Source: Thermoanaerobaculia bacterium (GTDB lineage: Bacteria; Acidobacteriota; Thermoanaerobaculia; Multivoradales; Multivoraceae). From it: DNA of 64,000 nucleotides. The notes beneath the pieces are model-generated. The model was not told the origin of the DNA and ran no database searches. It worked only from the letters and a program-made list of their open reading frames with translations. Positions 20,885 through 30,675 of the stretch are shown piece after piece (within the stretch, counting starts at the first letter, position 1; the number at the start of each line of letters is the position of its first letter). A program made the position numbers and the translations under genes. The DNA lies in assembly GCA_963666565.1 (NCBI GenBank), contig OY762911.1:3456001-3520000 (forward strand), in the 5' to 3' direction.

Positions 20885-23122
20885 ATGAAGCGCCTTCCGG
20901 CGGCGACCATCGCCGCACTCCTGTCGCTGTGGGCCGCCGCGTCGGGGGCCCAGATCGCCCGCCCGTCCGCCGCGGCGGTGGCCGTGGGCGAGGCCCCGGC
21001 GCTCGATGGCGCCGTCCTCGACGATCCCGTCTGGCAAAGCGTCGCGCCGGTCTCGGGCACGACGCAGACCCGGCCGTTCGCCGGCGAGCCGGGCACGGAA
21101 CGCACCGAAGTGCGTTTCGCCTTCACCGAGGACACCCTCTTCGTCGGCGTCGTCTGCCACGACCGGGCGCCGGACGGCATCGTCATCTCGGACAGCCGGC
21201 GGGACGCGGCCCTGGACGAGACGGACAGCTTCCAGGTCATCTTCGACACGTTCCGGGACGGGCGCAACGGCTTCGTGTTCGGTACGAACCCGGCCGGCAT
21301 CGAGTACGACGGCCAGGTCGTCGAGGGCGGCTCCGGCGTGTTCAGCGGCATGGGCGGCGGCGGCCGCTTCCGGGGCGCCCTGAGCACCGGCTTCAACCTG
21401 AACTGGGACGGCGCCTGGAACGTCGCCACAGAGGTCGGAGAGTTCGGCTGGAGCGCCGAGTTCGCCATTCCCTTTCGCACCCTCCGCTATCCCCCGACCG
21501 ACGTGCAGACCTGGGGCCTCAACTTCCAGCGCAACATCGCCCGCCACCGGGAAGTCGCCTTCTGGGCCGAGCTCGACCGGAACCACGACCTCGACCGGCT
21601 GACCGACGCGGGCTCGCTCCAGGGCGTCGAGCCGCCGCCGCAGCGCAACCTGAAGCTGATCCCCTACGCGATCGGATCGAGCAGGGAGCCGCCCGCGGCC
21701 GGCAGCGGCAGCGAGTCGGACTCCGACCTCGGCGTCGACCTCAAGTACAGCGTGACCCCGAGCCTGACCCTCGACGTGACGTACAACACGGACTTCGCCC
21801 AGGTCGAGGTCGACGAGCAGCAGGTGAACCTCGACCGGTTCAACCTGTTCTTCCCCGAGAAGCGGCCGTTCTTCCTGGAGAACGCCGGCCTGTTCACCGT
21901 CGGCGCGCGTTCGGGGGGAAGCCGCGCGTCGGCCCGCGTCGACCTGTTCTTCAGCCGGCGCATCGGCATCGGGCCCGGCGGCGAACTGATCCCGATCGAC
22001 TACGGCGGCCGGCTCTCCGGCAAGGCGGGCCGCTTCAACGTCGGGCTGCTCCACATGCAGACCGCGTCGGTGGGAGGGCTGCACGGCAACGACTACGCCG
22101 TCGCCCGCGTCAACCGGGAACTGGGCGAGCGCTCCAGCATCGGCGGCATGTTCGTGAGCCGCGAGGGCGTGGGCAGCCTCGCGCCGGAGGGCGACACGAA
22201 CCGGACCTACGCCATCGACGGCAAGTGGGGCATCGGCGAGCATCACACCGTCGAGACCTACGTCGCCCGGACCGACACGCCGGGACTCGAGGGCGACGAC
22301 AGCTCGATGCTCCTGAGCTACAACCTCGGCAAGCCGCAGTGGCGCGGCAGCCTCAGCCTCGCCGAGGCGCGCGCGAACTTCAACCCGGAAGTCGGCTTCA
22401 TGTCGCGGCGGGACTTCCGGAACTTCTCCACGTTCGTGATGCGCACGGTCCGGCCGAAGAACCTCGCCGGCTTCCACGAGATCCGGCCCCACGCCTCCTA
22501 CAGCGGCATCTGGGACTTCGACGACTACAAGGAGACCCAGTACATCCACGTCGACACGCACTGGGAGTGGCGCAACGGCTTCCAGGTCCACACCGGCGTG
22601 AACTTCACCGAGGAGGGCGTCAAGGAGACGTTCGAGATCGTCGACGGCTTCCCGGTCCAGGCGGGAAGGTACAGCCACGACGAGCTGCAGACCGTGTTCT
22701 CGACGAACCAGGCGAAGCCGTTCTCGGTCTACATCCGCAACGTCACGGGCGGCTTCTTCGGCGGCGACCGGAGTTCCACCTCGCTCACCCTGCTCGCCCG
22801 GCGCGGCGAGCGGCTGACCTCGGAACTGACCTGGGACCACAACGACGTGGACATCGCCTCCGGCGGCTTCCAGGTCAATCTGGGCCGGCTCCGGCTCTCC
22901 TACTCCATCACCCCCCGGATGCTCGTCCAGGCGCTCGCCCAGTACAACGACCAGTCCGACAACGTGTCCGCGAACCTGCGCTTCTCCTGGCTGCAGGACG
23001 CGAACACGGGGCTGTTCGTGGTCTACAACGAGATCGACGAGCTGGGCGCGCGGATCCTCTACGAGAGGCCGGACCGCACCGTGATCGTCAAGTACAGCCG
23101 CCTGATCGACGTCTTCCGTTGA
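20885..23122 (+). CDS. CBM9-like/DUF5916 outer-membrane-associated protein
   Basis: Signal peptide. APALDG..DDPVW, WSAEFAIPFRTLRY, NTDFAQVEVD, EKRPFFLE, LFFSRRIG. Confidence 0.85.
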   Translation: MKRLPAATIAALLSLWAAASGAQIARPSAAAVAVGEAPALDGAVLDDPVWQSVAPVSGTTQTRPFAGEPGTERTEVRFAFTEDTLFVGVVCHDRAPDGIVISDSRRDAALDETDSFQVIFDTFRDGRNGFVFGTNPAGIEYDGQVVEGGSGVFSGMGGGGRFRGALSTGFNLNWDGAWNVATEVGEFGWSAEFAIPFRTLRYPPTDVQTWGLNFQRNIARHREVAFWAELDRNHDLDRLTDAGSLQGVEPPPQRNLKLIPYAIGSSREPPAAGSGSESDSDLGVDLKYSVTPSLTLDVTYNTDFAQVEVDEQQVNLDRFNLFFPEKRPFFLENAGLFTVGARSGGSRASARVDLFFSRRIGIGPGGELIPIDYGGRLSGKAGRFNVGLLHMQTASVGGLHGNDYAVARVNRELGERSSIGGMFVSREGVGSLAPEGDTNRTYAIDGKWGIGEHHTVETYVARTDTPGLEGDDSSMLLSYNLGKPQWRGSLSLAEARANFNPEVGFMSRRDFRNFSTFVMRTVRPKNLAGFHEIRPHASYSGIWDFDDYKETQYIHVDTHWEWRNGFQVHTGVNFTEEGVKETFEIVDGFPVQAGRYSHDELQTVFSTNQAKPFSVYIRNVTGGFFGGDRSSTSLTLLARRGERLTSELTWDHNDVDIASGGFQVNLGRLRLSYSITPRMLVQALAQYNDQSDNVSANLRFSWLQDANTGLFVVYNEIDELGARILYERPDRTVIVKYSRLIDVFR

Positions 23123-23163
23123 GTCGGCCACGCCGTCCCCTGTCTTCAAGGAGCTCCGTCACG

Positions 23164-23802
23164 ATGAATCCCGCCGACCTGCGCGTCTACTTCTCCTTCC
23201 GCTCCCCCTTCTCCTGGTTCGCGTTCCACCGGATCGTGACGACCGGCGCGCTGGACTGGAACGAGGTCGACGCCGTTCCCATCTTCCCCTTCGGCAAGGG
23301 GGCCAACCTCTCGGCCGGCCGCGCCAAGTCGAGCTACGTCCGCCAGGACGCGGAGCGGATCGCGAGCGCCTACGGCCTGCCCATGAACTGGCCGGAAGGC
23401 GGCGACGATCCGGACTGGTTCCCGCCGCACCAGATCTACCTCTGGGCCCGGGAGCGGGGCAAGGCGGTCGACTACGCCCGCGAGGCCTTCCTGGCCCGCT
23501 TCGGGCGCGGCCTCGACCTCGCCAGCGACGAGGTCATGCGCGCCGCCGCCGAAGCCGCGGGCCTCGACGGCGACGAGGCCCTGGCCGTCGCCCACGATCC
23601 GAAGTGGAAGGACAAGGTCATGGCCGGCTTTGCCCACACCCGGGACGACGGCGCCTTCGGCGTGCCGCTGTTCATCTACCGCGGCGAGCGCTTCTGGGGC
23701 AACGACCGGCTCGACTGGCTGCTGCGCGCCATCGCGCTCTCGGAAGGCCGCGAAGTGCCCGACCTGGCGGCCGATCCGCTGGCGCCCGTCTCCTCCGCCT
23801 AG
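23164..23802 (+). CDS. DsbA-like 2-hydroxychromene-2-carboxylate isomerase (GST-kappa family)
   Basis: YFSFRSPFSW and GAFGVPLFIYRGERFWGNDRL. Confidence 0.85.
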   Translation: MNPADLRVYFSFRSPFSWFAFHRIVTTGALDWNEVDAVPIFPFGKGANLSAGRAKSSYVRQDAERIASAYGLPMNWPEGGDDPDWFPPHQIYLWARERGKAVDYAREAFLARFGRGLDLASDEVMRAAAEAAGLDGDEALAVAHDPKWKDKVMAGFAHTRDDGAFGVPLFIYRGERFWGNDRLDWLLRAIALSEGREVPDLAADPLAPVSSA

Positions 23803-23842
23803 CGGCAGCCCGCCTCCTTTCCGTGTGCTTCAATAGGGAGAC

Positions 23843-24382
23843 TTGATCTTCTTCGAGCAGCACCGTGCGCGCATCGAGCGGGCCGAAGCGCACTGCCGCC
23901 GCCTGCAGGCCGCGTTCGCCGTCGCCGGCGGCATCGCGCTCGCCGTGCTGCTCGGCATCACGGTGGCCGAAGTCCTCTGGCGCCACATCCTGAACGACTC
24001 GCTGCCCTGGATCGAGGATGTCTCGACCATGTCGCTCGCCGTCGTGGTGGCGGCCGCGGTCGCCTGGGGCGCCCGCGAGGGCGCCCACGTCGGCGTCAAC
24101 CTGATCGCGCGATTCGCGGGCCGGCGAGTCACCCGGGTTACCGATGCGATCGCCCGCATTCTGAGCCTGGGCGTGACGGCGCTGGCCGCCTGGGCCATGT
24201 TCGTCCACGGCGCCTGCGGCCTGCCCTGCGGCGACGTGACCGGCAGCATCTCGATCCCGCATACCCCGTTCTACTACGCGCTCGGGGCGTCGCTGGCCGC
24301 CTGTTGCTGCCTGCTCGCGTCCCAGACGCTGCTGGGGTTCGCCGCGTGGAACGCCGACGATCCCAACGAGCCGGTCGAGTGA
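23843..24382 (+). CDS. dctQ: TRAP transporter small permease
   Basis: 4 TM. EVLWRH, WIEDVS, HVGV motif. Confidence 0.82.
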   Translation: MIFFEQHRARIERAEAHCRRLQAAFAVAGGIALAVLLGITVAEVLWRHILNDSLPWIEDVSTMSLAVVVAAAVAWGAREGAHVGVNLIARFAGRRVTRVTDAIARILSLGVTALAAWAMFVHGACGLPCGDVTGSISIPHTPFYYALGASLAACCCLLASQTLLGFAAWNADDPNEPVE

Positions 24383-25686
24383 CGGCCGGAACCGGCATCG
24401 CCCTGCTGGGCTTTCTCGCTCTTCTCGCCCTGCTGCTGATCCGCGTGCCGGCGGGGCTGGCGATGCTGATCGTGGGCGCGGCCGGAATCGCCATGATCCG
24501 CCCCGGCGCCGTCGTGCCGGTGGTGGCGGGAGAGGTGTTCGCGGTCTCCTCCCGCTACTCGCTCACCATCCTGCCCCTGTTCATGCTGATGGGCAACTTG
24601 GCCCTGGTTTCCGGGATGAGCCAGGACCTGTACCGGGCCGCGCACGGCTGGCTCGGCCGGTTTCGCGGCAGCCTCGCTTCCGCGTCGATCGTCGCGTGCG
24701 CCGGATTCTCGGCTCTCTCGGGGTCGTCGCTCGCCGCCGCGCTGACGATGGGCCGCGTTTCGCTGCCCGAGATGCGGCGGTTCCGGTACGACGACTCGCT
24801 GGCTACCGGCGCCATCGCCGCCGGCGGAACGCTTGGCATCCTGATCCCGCCGTCGGCGGGGATGGTGATCTACGGGATCATCACCGAAGAGAGCATCGGG
24901 CGCCTGTTCATGGCCGGCGTGATTCCCGGCGTTCTGCTCACCCTGCTCTTCGTCCTCGCCGTCTGGATCGTCGTCAGGCGGGATCCGGACAAGGCGCCGC
25001 ACGCCGCGGCGTCCCTGCCGTGGCGGGATCGGCTCCGGGCCACCGCGAGAGCGGGGTGGATCCTCGGCATCGTCGTCGTCACGATCGGCGGCATCTACGC
25101 CGGCGTCTTCTCCGCCATCGAGGCGGCCGGAGTGGGAGCGGCGCTGGCGCTGATCGCGGCCTGCGCGCGGCGCAAACTGAACGGGAAGACCGCGGTCGAG
25201 GTGGCGAGCGCCACGCTCAAGGCGAGCGGCACCGCCTTCCTGGTGCTGTTCGGCGCGTTCGTGTTCAAGGTCTTCCTCGGCTTCACCGGCATCGCCTTCG
25301 TCGCGACCGAGTGGGTCGGCGTACAGGGCTTCTCGGGCGCTCAGGTCGTCGCGCTGGTCCTCGTCATGTTCGTCGTTCTGGGCACCTTTCTCGACGGATT
25401 CGCGATGCTGGTGCTGACCGTCCCCCTGGTGCAGCCGGTACTCGAGTCGCTGGGCGTCGACATGATCTGGTTCGGCGTGCTGGTCGTCATCGCACTTGAG
25501 ATGGGCCTGATCTCGCCTCCGGTGGGGCTGAACATCTTCGTGGTGAAGGGCGTGGCGCCCGACGTGCCGATCCACACGATGTTCCGCGGCATCGTTCCGT
25601 TCTGGCTCGCCCTCCTCGCGGCGATGGTCCTGATCGCGTTCGTTCCCCGGATCGCCACCCTGCTGCCGGACGCCATGTTCGGATGA
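24379..25686 (+). CDS. dctM: TRAP transporter large permease
   Basis: ILPLFMLMG, SGSSLAAA, GTLGILIPPS, ISPPVGLN. Confidence 0.9.
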   Translation: MTAGTGIALLGFLALLALLLIRVPAGLAMLIVGAAGIAMIRPGAVVPVVAGEVFAVSSRYSLTILPLFMLMGNLALVSGMSQDLYRAAHGWLGRFRGSLASASIVACAGFSALSGSSLAAALTMGRVSLPEMRRFRYDDSLATGAIAAGGTLGILIPPSAGMVIYGIITEESIGRLFMAGVIPGVLLTLLFVLAVWIVVRRDPDKAPHAAASLPWRDRLRATARAGWILGIVVVTIGGIYAGVFSAIEAAGVGAALALIAACARRKLNGKTAVEVASATLKASGTAFLVLFGAFVFKVFLGFTGIAFVATEWVGVQGFSGAQVVALVLVMFVVLGTFLDGFAMLVLTVPLVQPVLESLGVDMIWFGVLVVIALEMGLISPPVGLNIFVVKGVAPDVPIHTMFRGIVPFWLALLAAMVLIAFVPRIATLLPDAMFG

Positions 25687-27461
25687 ACGTGAAGGAGGCC
25701 AAGGGCCCGCGGCCCGACGCCGGCGAGGAACTCCTGTACGAAGCCGACGACCGGATTCCCCGGTTGCTCGCGCTCGGGCTCGGCTTGCAGCTCGCCGCCC
25801 TGGGCCTCAACGGGATGGTGCTCCTGCCGACGATCGCGTTCCGGGCCGGCGGCGCCGGGGACCTGGCGCTCTGGGCGGTGTTCGCCTCCGTGCTGGCCTG
25901 CGGCGCCGCCACGATCGTGCAGGCCGTGCGGGTGGGACGGTACGGAGCGGGTTTCACCCTGGCCCACGTCAGCTCGGCGATCTTCATCGCCGTCTGCGCC
26001 GAGGCCCTGATCCGGGGAGGACCGGGGCTGCTGGCGACCCTGGTCGTCATCTCGGCGATCGCCCAGACCGCGCTCTCGGCACGGCTCTCGCTGCTCCACC
26101 GGGTGCTCGTGCCAGTCGTCACGGGAACGGTGATCATGCTCCTTCCGGTCAGCGTGATGCCGATTCTCTTCCGCATGCTGAACGAGGCGCCGCCCGGCGC
26201 CCCCGGCTACGCCGGGCCGCTGAGCGCCGGCGTCACGATCTGCGCCTTCCTGGGGATCGCCCTGAGGGGGAAGGGGAAGGCGCGCCTCTGGGCGCCCGCC
26301 GCCGGCATCGTCGCCGGCGCCCTGACCGGCGCATTCCTCGGCATCTACGATTTCGCGCGCGTGGCCGACGCGGCGTGGATCGGCGCTCCCCGGGGCCGCC
26401 CGCCCGGGCTGGACCTCGAGTTCGGCGCCGCGTTCTGGGCCCTCCTGCCCGCGTTCCTGCTGGTGGCGCTGGTCGGCTCGACCAAGTCGGTCGCCGTCGC
26501 GGTCGCCGCCCAGCGCGTGGCCTGGCGCAAGGCCCGCGCGGTCGACTTCCGGGCCGTGCAGCGGGCCGTGGCCGCGGAAGGCGCCAGCAGCCTGCTGGCG
26601 GGTCTGGCCGGAACGATGCCCAACACCCTGAACGCGGGATCGGCCTCCGCGGTCGAGGTCACCGGCGTCGCGGCGCGCCGCGTCGGGGTCGCGTGCGGGC
26701 TGGTCTTCGTCGTTCTGGCCTTCCTGCCGAAAGCGCTCGCCCTCATTCTCGCGATCCCCTCCGCGGTCGTGGCCGCGGCCGTCGCCGTGGTCATGGTGAC
26801 CCTGTTCACGGTCGGAGTGCGCGAGGTCGCGACGAGCATGGGCGCGAACCCCCGCAACGGCCTGATCGCGGCCGTCTCGTTCTGGACCGGCGTCGGCTTG
26901 GAGTTCGACCTGATCTTCCCCGAGTGGTTCGGCGAGTTCGCGGGAGGACTGTTCAGCAACGGCTTGACCACCGGGGGTCTGGTGGCGCTCCTGCTCACCG
27001 CGCTGACGCTGCGGCGCAAGAGCCAGTTCAGGGGCCGGCTCGACACGGCCGAACTGCCGCGGCTCAGGAAGTTCATCCGGGAGTTCGCCGCCCGCAACCG
27101 CCTGGAGGCCGCCGCGCGGCGGCTCGATGCCGCGACCGAGGAAGCGTTGCTCACCCTGTTGCAGTCGCGTGCGGAGAGCGAAGAAGAGGACGACGACGAG
27201 CGATCGGCGCTGCTTCTCGTGGCGCGCGAAGAAGACGGCGAGGCCGTGCTGGAGTTCAAGGTAGGCGCGGCAAGCGCCGACGAGATCAACCTTCAGGACC
27301 GCCTGTCGTCCCTCGGCGGGCGAACCGGCGCTGCCTGGGTCGAGCACGAGATCTCCCTGCGGATGCTCCGCCGCCTGGCGTCCTCGGTTCGGCACCAGCA
27401 GTTTCACGACACGGACATCCTGACCCTCCGCGTCTCGGCCGTCCCCCGGCGCGGGTCCTGA
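25683..27461 (+). CDS. NCS2 (xanthine/uracil) permease-like protein with about 150-aa cytoplasmic C-terminal extension
   Basis: LGLQ, PVVTGTVIML, TGVAARRVG, FLPK and IP.AV NCS2 features, plus an extra soluble C-terminal domain. Confidence 0.8.
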   Translation: MNVKEAKGPRPDAGEELLYEADDRIPRLLALGLGLQLAALGLNGMVLLPTIAFRAGGAGDLALWAVFASVLACGAATIVQAVRVGRYGAGFTLAHVSSAIFIAVCAEALIRGGPGLLATLVVISAIAQTALSARLSLLHRVLVPVVTGTVIMLLPVSVMPILFRMLNEAPPGAPGYAGPLSAGVTICAFLGIALRGKGKARLWAPAAGIVAGALTGAFLGIYDFARVADAAWIGAPRGRPPGLDLEFGAAFWALLPAFLLVALVGSTKSVAVAVAAQRVAWRKARAVDFRAVQRAVAAEGASSLLAGLAGTMPNTLNAGSASAVEVTGVAARRVGVACGLVFVVLAFLPKALALILAIPSAVVAAAVAVVMVTLFTVGVREVATSMGANPRNGLIAAVSFWTGVGLEFDLIFPEWFGEFAGGLFSNGLTTGGLVALLLTALTLRRKSQFRGRLDTAELPRLRKFIREFAARNRLEAAARRLDAATEEALLTLLQSRAESEEEDDDERSALLLVAREEDGEAVLEFKVGAASADEINLQDRLSSLGGRTGAAWVEHEISLRMLRRLASSVRHQQFHDTDILTLRVSAVPRRGS

Positions 27462-27462
27462 C

Positions 27463-28488
27463 GTGTCGAAGTGCTGCCGGCTCCTTGCCCTCGGTTTGCT
27501 GTTCGCCGCCGGCTGCGGGCCGGGCAGCGATGGCAGGGATGCCAGGGAGCTTTCGCTGGCGCATTTCCTGCCGGCGGATCACCCCCTGAACGGGGCCGTC
27601 TTCACGCCCTTCTCCCGGGAACTGGCGGAGCTCTCCGGCGGCAGGCTGACCGTCAGGCAGTTCCCGGCGGGCGCCCTCAACTCGTCGGCCCCGGCGCAGT
27701 ACTCGATCCTGCGGAGCGGCGTGGCCGACATCGCCCTTGCCATCCCCGCCTACACCGCCGACGTCTTTCCGAAGACGGACCTGATCGCGTACCCGGGCAT
27801 CTGCAAGACGACGAGGGACTGCACCGAAGCCATGCTGCGCGCGCGGTCGGTCCTGGAACCGGAGTACCGGGCGCGGGTTCTGGCGCTGTGGTCCAACGCC
27901 GCCCCGGTGCTGGTCACCCGCGACAAGCCGGTACGGACGCTCGAAGACATGCGCGGGCTCAAGATCCGGGTCTCGACCCGGAGCGCCATCCCGTTCATCG
28001 AGGCGCTCGGCGCCAGCGCGGTCATGCAGCCCGCCACGGTCGTCCACCAGAGCCTGGCGACCGGGGTCATCGACGGCGTCGCCCTCTCCCCCTCGGGGAT
28101 CGTCACCTTCCAGCTTCACGAGCTGGCCGCCTACGTGACCACCTGGCTTCCCGCGTCCGGGCTGCCGTTCGTCCTGCTGATGAACCGGGAGGCGTACGAC
28201 GGCCTCGGTCCCGAGGCGCGGGGCTGGGTCGACCAGGCCGCGGACGTCTCCCTGTCCGTGGCCGGGGCCGCCGCCTACGAGCGTGCCGGCGCCGAAGGGC
28301 TGCGCCTGGCGAAGGAGGCCGGCGTCGAGATCATCGATCTGCCGGAGAGCGAACGGCGGCGGTTCGAACGGGCCATCGCCTCCGTGCGCGAGGCGGGCCT
28401 GAAGCGCCGGGTCGGCGACATGACGGCCGGCGAGGTCATCCGTCTGTTCGAGGGACCGGCGGGCGGCTCGCCACCTCGCCGGCGATGA
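27463..28488 (+). CDS. dctP: TRAP substrate-binding lipoprotein
   Basis: Lipobox FAAGC. SGGRL, FPAGAL, GVADI, DMRGLKIRV, LATGVIDG. Confidence 0.88.
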   Translation: MSKCCRLLALGLLFAAGCGPGSDGRDARELSLAHFLPADHPLNGAVFTPFSRELAELSGGRLTVRQFPAGALNSSAPAQYSILRSGVADIALAIPAYTADVFPKTDLIAYPGICKTTRDCTEAMLRARSVLEPEYRARVLALWSNAAPVLVTRDKPVRTLEDMRGLKIRVSTRSAIPFIEALGASAVMQPATVVHQSLATGVIDGVALSPSGIVTFQLHELAAYVTTWLPASGLPFVLLMNREAYDGLGPEARGWVDQAADVSLSVAGAAAYERAGAEGLRLAKEAGVEIIDLPESERRRFERAIASVREAGLKRRVGDMTAGEVIRLFEGPAGGSPPRRR

Positions 28489-29176
28489 CGACGCAGGGCG
28501 GCCCGATCTCCCCGGCGACGTCTCCGGCCGCCAGCGCCTGAAGGGTGGAGCGCACCGTCTTCTGGCCGGATGTCGTCGCCCGCTCGACGATCGCCACCGG
28601 CGTCGCGGGACGGCGGCCGGCGGCGATCAGGCCACGGCCGATGCGCTCCAGGCGGCGCGCCGGCATCAGGACGACGACGGTGTCGACGCCGGAGAGGCCG
28701 GCCCAGTCCGGTTCGCCGCCTTCGGCGTTGCGCGCCGACACGACGGCGAAGCCCAGGGAAACGCCGCGATGCGTCAGCGGGATGCCGGCGACCGCCGGCG
28801 CCGCCACGACGCTGCTCACGCCGGGAACCACTTCGCAGGGCACGCCGGCGGCGGCGCAGGCCTCGATCTCCTCGCCGCCGCGGCCGAAGACGGCCGGGTC
28901 GCCGCCCTTCAGCCGGACCACGTGGGCGCCAGCGCGCGACCGCTCGATCATGAGCTTCTCGATCCGACGCTGGCGGGCCTGCACGTCGTCGCCGGGGCGC
29001 TTGCCGACATCGACGATCTCGGCGCCGGTCTTCGCCTCCGCGAGCAGTTGCGGCGCCGCGAGCCGGTCGTGCAGCACGACGTCCGCCGCCCGCAGCCGCT
29101 TCAGACCCAGGACCGTGATCAGGTCGGGATCGCCGGGCCCGGCGCCGATCAGAGTGACCCGCCCCGAGCCGCTCAC
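28436..29176 (-). CDS. cobA: Uroporphyrinogen-III C-methyltransferase
   Basis: LIGAGPGDPDLIT, VVRLKGGDP..FGRGGEE, VVPGVSS. Confidence 0.93.
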   Translation of the reverse strand: MSGSGRVTLIGAGPGDPDLITVLGLKRLRAADVVLHDRLAAPQLLAEAKTGAEIVDVGKRPGDDVQARQRRIEKLMIERSRAGAHVVRLKGGDPAVFGRGGEEIEACAAAGVPCEVVPGVSSVVAAPAVAGIPLTHRGVSLGFAVVSARNAEGGEPDWAGLSGVDTVVVLMPARRLERIGRGLIAAGRRPATPVAIVERATTSGQKTVRSTLQALAAGDVAGEIGPPCVVIAGEVASRPPVPRTDG

Positions 29177-29844
29177 CGCCCCGGCGCCTCGGCGACGACG
29201 CCCATGATCCGCTCCGCGCGTTGCCGGGCCTCGGCCGCCCGCCCCTCGCGAAACAGCTCGAGGACCTCCGAGTCCACGAGTTCGTACCAGCGCCGGCGGC
29301 GTTCCTCGAACTCCGGCACGGCGGCCGCCAGCGGCGCCCGCAGCCGGCCCGCCAGTTCCAGCAGCGCTCCGTACTCCGGCCCCAGCTCGCGCTCCAGCCG
29401 CTCGCGCAGGCGCACCGCCAGCGCCGGGGCGCGGCCCGAGGTCGAGATCGCGACGACCAGGTCGCCGCGACGCACCAGGGCCGGCATGATGAAGCTGCAG
29501 TGCTCGACGTCGTCCTCGACGTTGGCGAAGATGCCGCGCCGTTCGGCCTCGGCGAAGAACTCCGCGTCTTCGGCCGCCTCGCCGGGCTCGGCGAGCGCCA
29601 GGGTCGCTCCCTCCAGATCGGCGGCACGGTAGTCCCGGGCGACGTGCTCGATCTCGCCGCGTGCCGCCAGCCGCGCCAGGTCCGGAGTCAGTCCGGGGGC
29701 GACGACGCGCACCCGCGCGCCGCAACGCAACAGCCCGCCGACCCTCCGCTCGGCCACCGGACCGCCGCCCTTGACGACGACCAGCCGCTCGGCAAGCGAC
29801 AGGAAGACCGGGTAGTACGAGGGTGCCCGCGCGTCGCCGCTCAA
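29173..29844 (-). CDS. Precorrin-2 dehydrogenase/sirohydrochlorin ferrochelatase (CysG N-terminal module)
   Basis: YYPVFL, GGGPVAERR, NVEDD, ISTSGRAPALA. Start uncertain (TTG). Confidence 0.88.
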   Translation of the reverse strand: MSGDARAPSYYPVFLSLAERLVVVKGGGPVAERRVGGLLRCGARVRVVAPGLTPDLARLAARGEIEHVARDYRAADLEGATLALAEPGEAAEDAEFFAEAERRGIFANVEDDVEHCSFIMPALVRRGDLVVAISTSGRAPALAVRLRERLERELGPEYGALLELAGRLRAPLAAAVPEFEERRRRWYELVDSEVLELFREGRAAEARQRAERIMGVVAEAPGR

Positions 29845-30632
29845 CGGGGCTGCAGCACGTGAAGCCCGCATTCCTTGCCGGTCTGGGACTCCCACCACCA
29901 GCGCCCGCCGCGCGCCCCCTCGCCCGGCCGCGACGGCCGCGTACACGGCGCGCATCCGATCGTGCGGTAGCCGCCGTCGTAGAGCGGGTGGTAGGGGACG
30001 CCCTGCTCGTGGATGTAGGCCCACACCTGGTCCTCGGTCCAGTCGAGCAGCGGGCAGACCTTCACCAGGCGCCCCCTGGTCCGGGTCACCCGGTCGACCT
30101 CCACCTTGTTCAGAACGTCCCGGGTCGGCGTCTGGTCGCGGCGCAGGCCGCTCAACCAGGCCGGCGCGTGCGCCAGGGCCCGGCGCATGGGCTCCACCTT
30201 GCGCACGTTGCAGCAGCGCTGGCGCCCGGCCACCGATGCGTAGAAGAGATTCGGTCCCTCCCGCCTGACCAGGCGTGCCACGTCCGACGCGCGCGGCGCC
30301 ACGATCTCCACCTCCACGCCGTAGTGCATCCGGAGGTGCTCGATGTGCCGGAAGGTCTCCTCCGGCAGCCGGCCGGTGTCGAGGGTGACGACGCGGACCG
30401 GCAAGCCGAGCTGGCGGCACATGTGGAGGAGCACCATGCCTTCCGCCTGGAAGGAGGTGGCCAGGGTCAGTTCCCTTCCCCAGCGAGCGTGGGCCCAGCG
30501 CAGCACCTGCTCCGGCGTCGCGAGTTCCAGCTCCATCGCCCAGCCGAGGACGCAGAGATCGCCGTCGGCGGCGGCGCCCGGGAACTCGAGGACGGCGCCG
30601 CCGGTCGTGTCCTGAACCGCCTGTCCGCTCAT
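29841..30632 (-). CDS. cysH: APS/PAPS reductase (4Fe-4S APS-reductase type)
   Basis: LDTGRL, CCNVRKVEP, GLRRDQ, GCAPCT, ECGLH. Confidence 0.92.
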   Translation of the reverse strand: MSGQAVQDTTGGAVLEFPGAAADGDLCVLGWAMELELATPEQVLRWAHARWGRELTLATSFQAEGMVLLHMCRQLGLPVRVVTLDTGRLPEETFRHIEHLRMHYGVEVEIVAPRASDVARLVRREGPNLFYASVAGRQRCCNVRKVEPMRRALAHAPAWLSGLRRDQTPTRDVLNKVEVDRVTRTRGRLVKVCPLLDWTEDQVWAYIHEQGVPYHPLYDGGYRTIGCAPCTRPSRPGEGARGGRWWWESQTGKECGLHVLQPR

Positions 30633-30656
30633 TTGTGACAAATACGATCACAAATG
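30630..30656. promoter_or_regulatory. AT-rich perfect inverted repeat CATTTGTGA-N9-TCACAAATG overlapping the cysH start
   Basis: Directly visible 9-bp arms; includes the ATG of cysH. Confidence 0.6.
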
Positions 30657-30675
30657 TCCAAGGGTTGCAACGACG

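Noticed and set aside
28436-28488. Convergent 3' overlap of dctP and cobA
   Set aside because: Short tail-to-tail overlaps are common in GC-rich genomes; no sign of special function.
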